IMG/VR virus record: IMGVR_UViG_3300020255_000009
Span: 1-26,442 of that record
Reading direction: 5' to 3' (one strand)
Origin: a virus
Taxonomy: Duplodnaviria; Caudoviricetes
Length of the DNA stretch: 26,442 nucleotides
This document shows positions 25,800 to 26,442 of this stretch, one piece after another (the stretch's first letter is position 1; each line of letters opens with the position of its first letter). The translations under genes and the position numbers were made by a program. The notes under the pieces are model-generated. The model did not search any database. It was not told the origin of the DNA and saw only the letters and a program-made list of their open reading frames with translations.

Positions 25800-26330
25800 A
25801 TGGATTTAAAAAGTTATATTCAAATTGTACCTAATGCTTTAGATAAAAAAATTTGTTTAGATATTGTAGAAAACAAGAAATACAAATATGCTCAAGCAAA
25901 AATTTTAGGGGATAATTCAAAAGGAAGAACAGACACAGAAATTAGAAACTGCTCATCTACTCCAGTTCTTGATAAGGATGATGGGATTGTGTTTCAATCA
26001 ATAGGTAGAATTATTGCCAACTATATTGATAAAACAAAATGTGTTTTGCCAGAAAACATTAATGACTCTGGTTATGAAATACTAAAATATGAAACGGGTG
26101 GTTTCTATAAAAAGCATACAGATGATGTAATGGGAACACCTAGAAGGATTGCAATCTCAATATTACTTAATGAGGAATATCAAGGTGGTGAGTTTCAGTT
26201 TTTTGAAGACTATAAGGTACAAGGAGGGACTGGTACTGCGATAGCATTCCCAGCAAATTATTGCTATCCCCATGAAGTTTTGCCAATTTTAGAAGGTACG
26301 AGATATAGCATAATAACGTGGGTGTCTTAA
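25800..26330 (+). CDS. 2OG-Fe(II) oxygenase (prolyl-4-hydroxylase/PKHD-like)
   Basis: LKY..GGFYKKHTD (H-x-D), LLNEEYQGGEFQF, FP....PHEV.P...GTRYSIITW. Confidence 0.93.
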   Translation: MDLKSYIQIVPNALDKKICLDIVENKKYKYAQAKILGDNSKGRTDTEIRNCSSTPVLDKDDGIVFQSIGRIIANYIDKTKCVLPENINDSGYEILKYETGGFYKKHTDDVMGTPRRIAISILLNEEYQGGEFQFFEDYKVQGGTGTAIAFPANYCYPHEVLPILEGTRYSIITWVS

Positions 26331-26442
26331 TGAATGAATTTTGTCCATTAATACAAAAAAAATGCAAAGAACATAAATGTAAGTTTTTTGTTCAAATTAT
26401 GGGTAAAAATCCAAATACTGGTGAGGATGTAAACAAATTTGA
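26330..26442 (+). CDS. Conserved Cys-rich phage hypothetical protein, truncated at the window edge
   Basis: TAATG-coupled ATG; MNEFCPLIQKKCKEHKCKFFVQIMGKNPNTGEDVNKF matches the 'CPL...C....C.....G.NPNTG' pattern I recall beside tail fibre genes. Confidence 0.7.
   Translation, partial: MNEFCPLIQKKCKEHKCKFFVQIMGKNPNTGEDVNKF

Noticed and set aside
1605-26367. Many 60-125 aa antisense or alternate-frame ORFs inside structural genes
   Set aside because: They overlap well-supported genes, carry no motifs and are expected by chance.
22656-26442. BPP-1-style diversity-generating retroelement acting on the fibre tip
   Set aside because: No reverse transcriptase, Avd gene or adenine-mismatched template/variable repeat pair is visible in this window; it could lie outside.
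1635-26442. Alternative genetic code or stop-codon reassignment
   Set aside because: Genes are full length under the standard code and tile the strand with TAATG/ATGA coupling.

Overview
The window is part of a tailed dsDNA phage genome: a podovirus with BPP-1/epsilon15/HTVC010P-type morphogenesis genes, probably environmental or marine (inference). Bases 1-815 hold two leftward orphan genes. A structured, largely non-coding divergent region follows (816-1634), then one tightly coupled rightward operon: small basic HNH-like protein, TerS, a 777-aa NADAR-domain protein, P22-type TerL, two orphans, portal, Bbp19-like protein, scaffold, major capsid, cement/decoration protein, tail tubular A and B, four internal virion (ejection) proteins, tail fibre, a fibre-associated protein, two 2OG-Fe(II) oxygenases and a truncated Cys-rich protein. 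The best candidate for a new system is the NADAR (ADP-ribose glycohydrolase family) domain on a long cysteine-free carrier placed between terS and terL. It may be packaged and injected to counter DNA ADP-ribosylation defence. Also notable are a T-shaped double hairpin and other structure upstream of the packaging genes, a structured major-capsid leader, and a pair of lone cysteines at the junction of two ejection proteins. All assignments come from reading motifs and gene order by eye; no searches were run.
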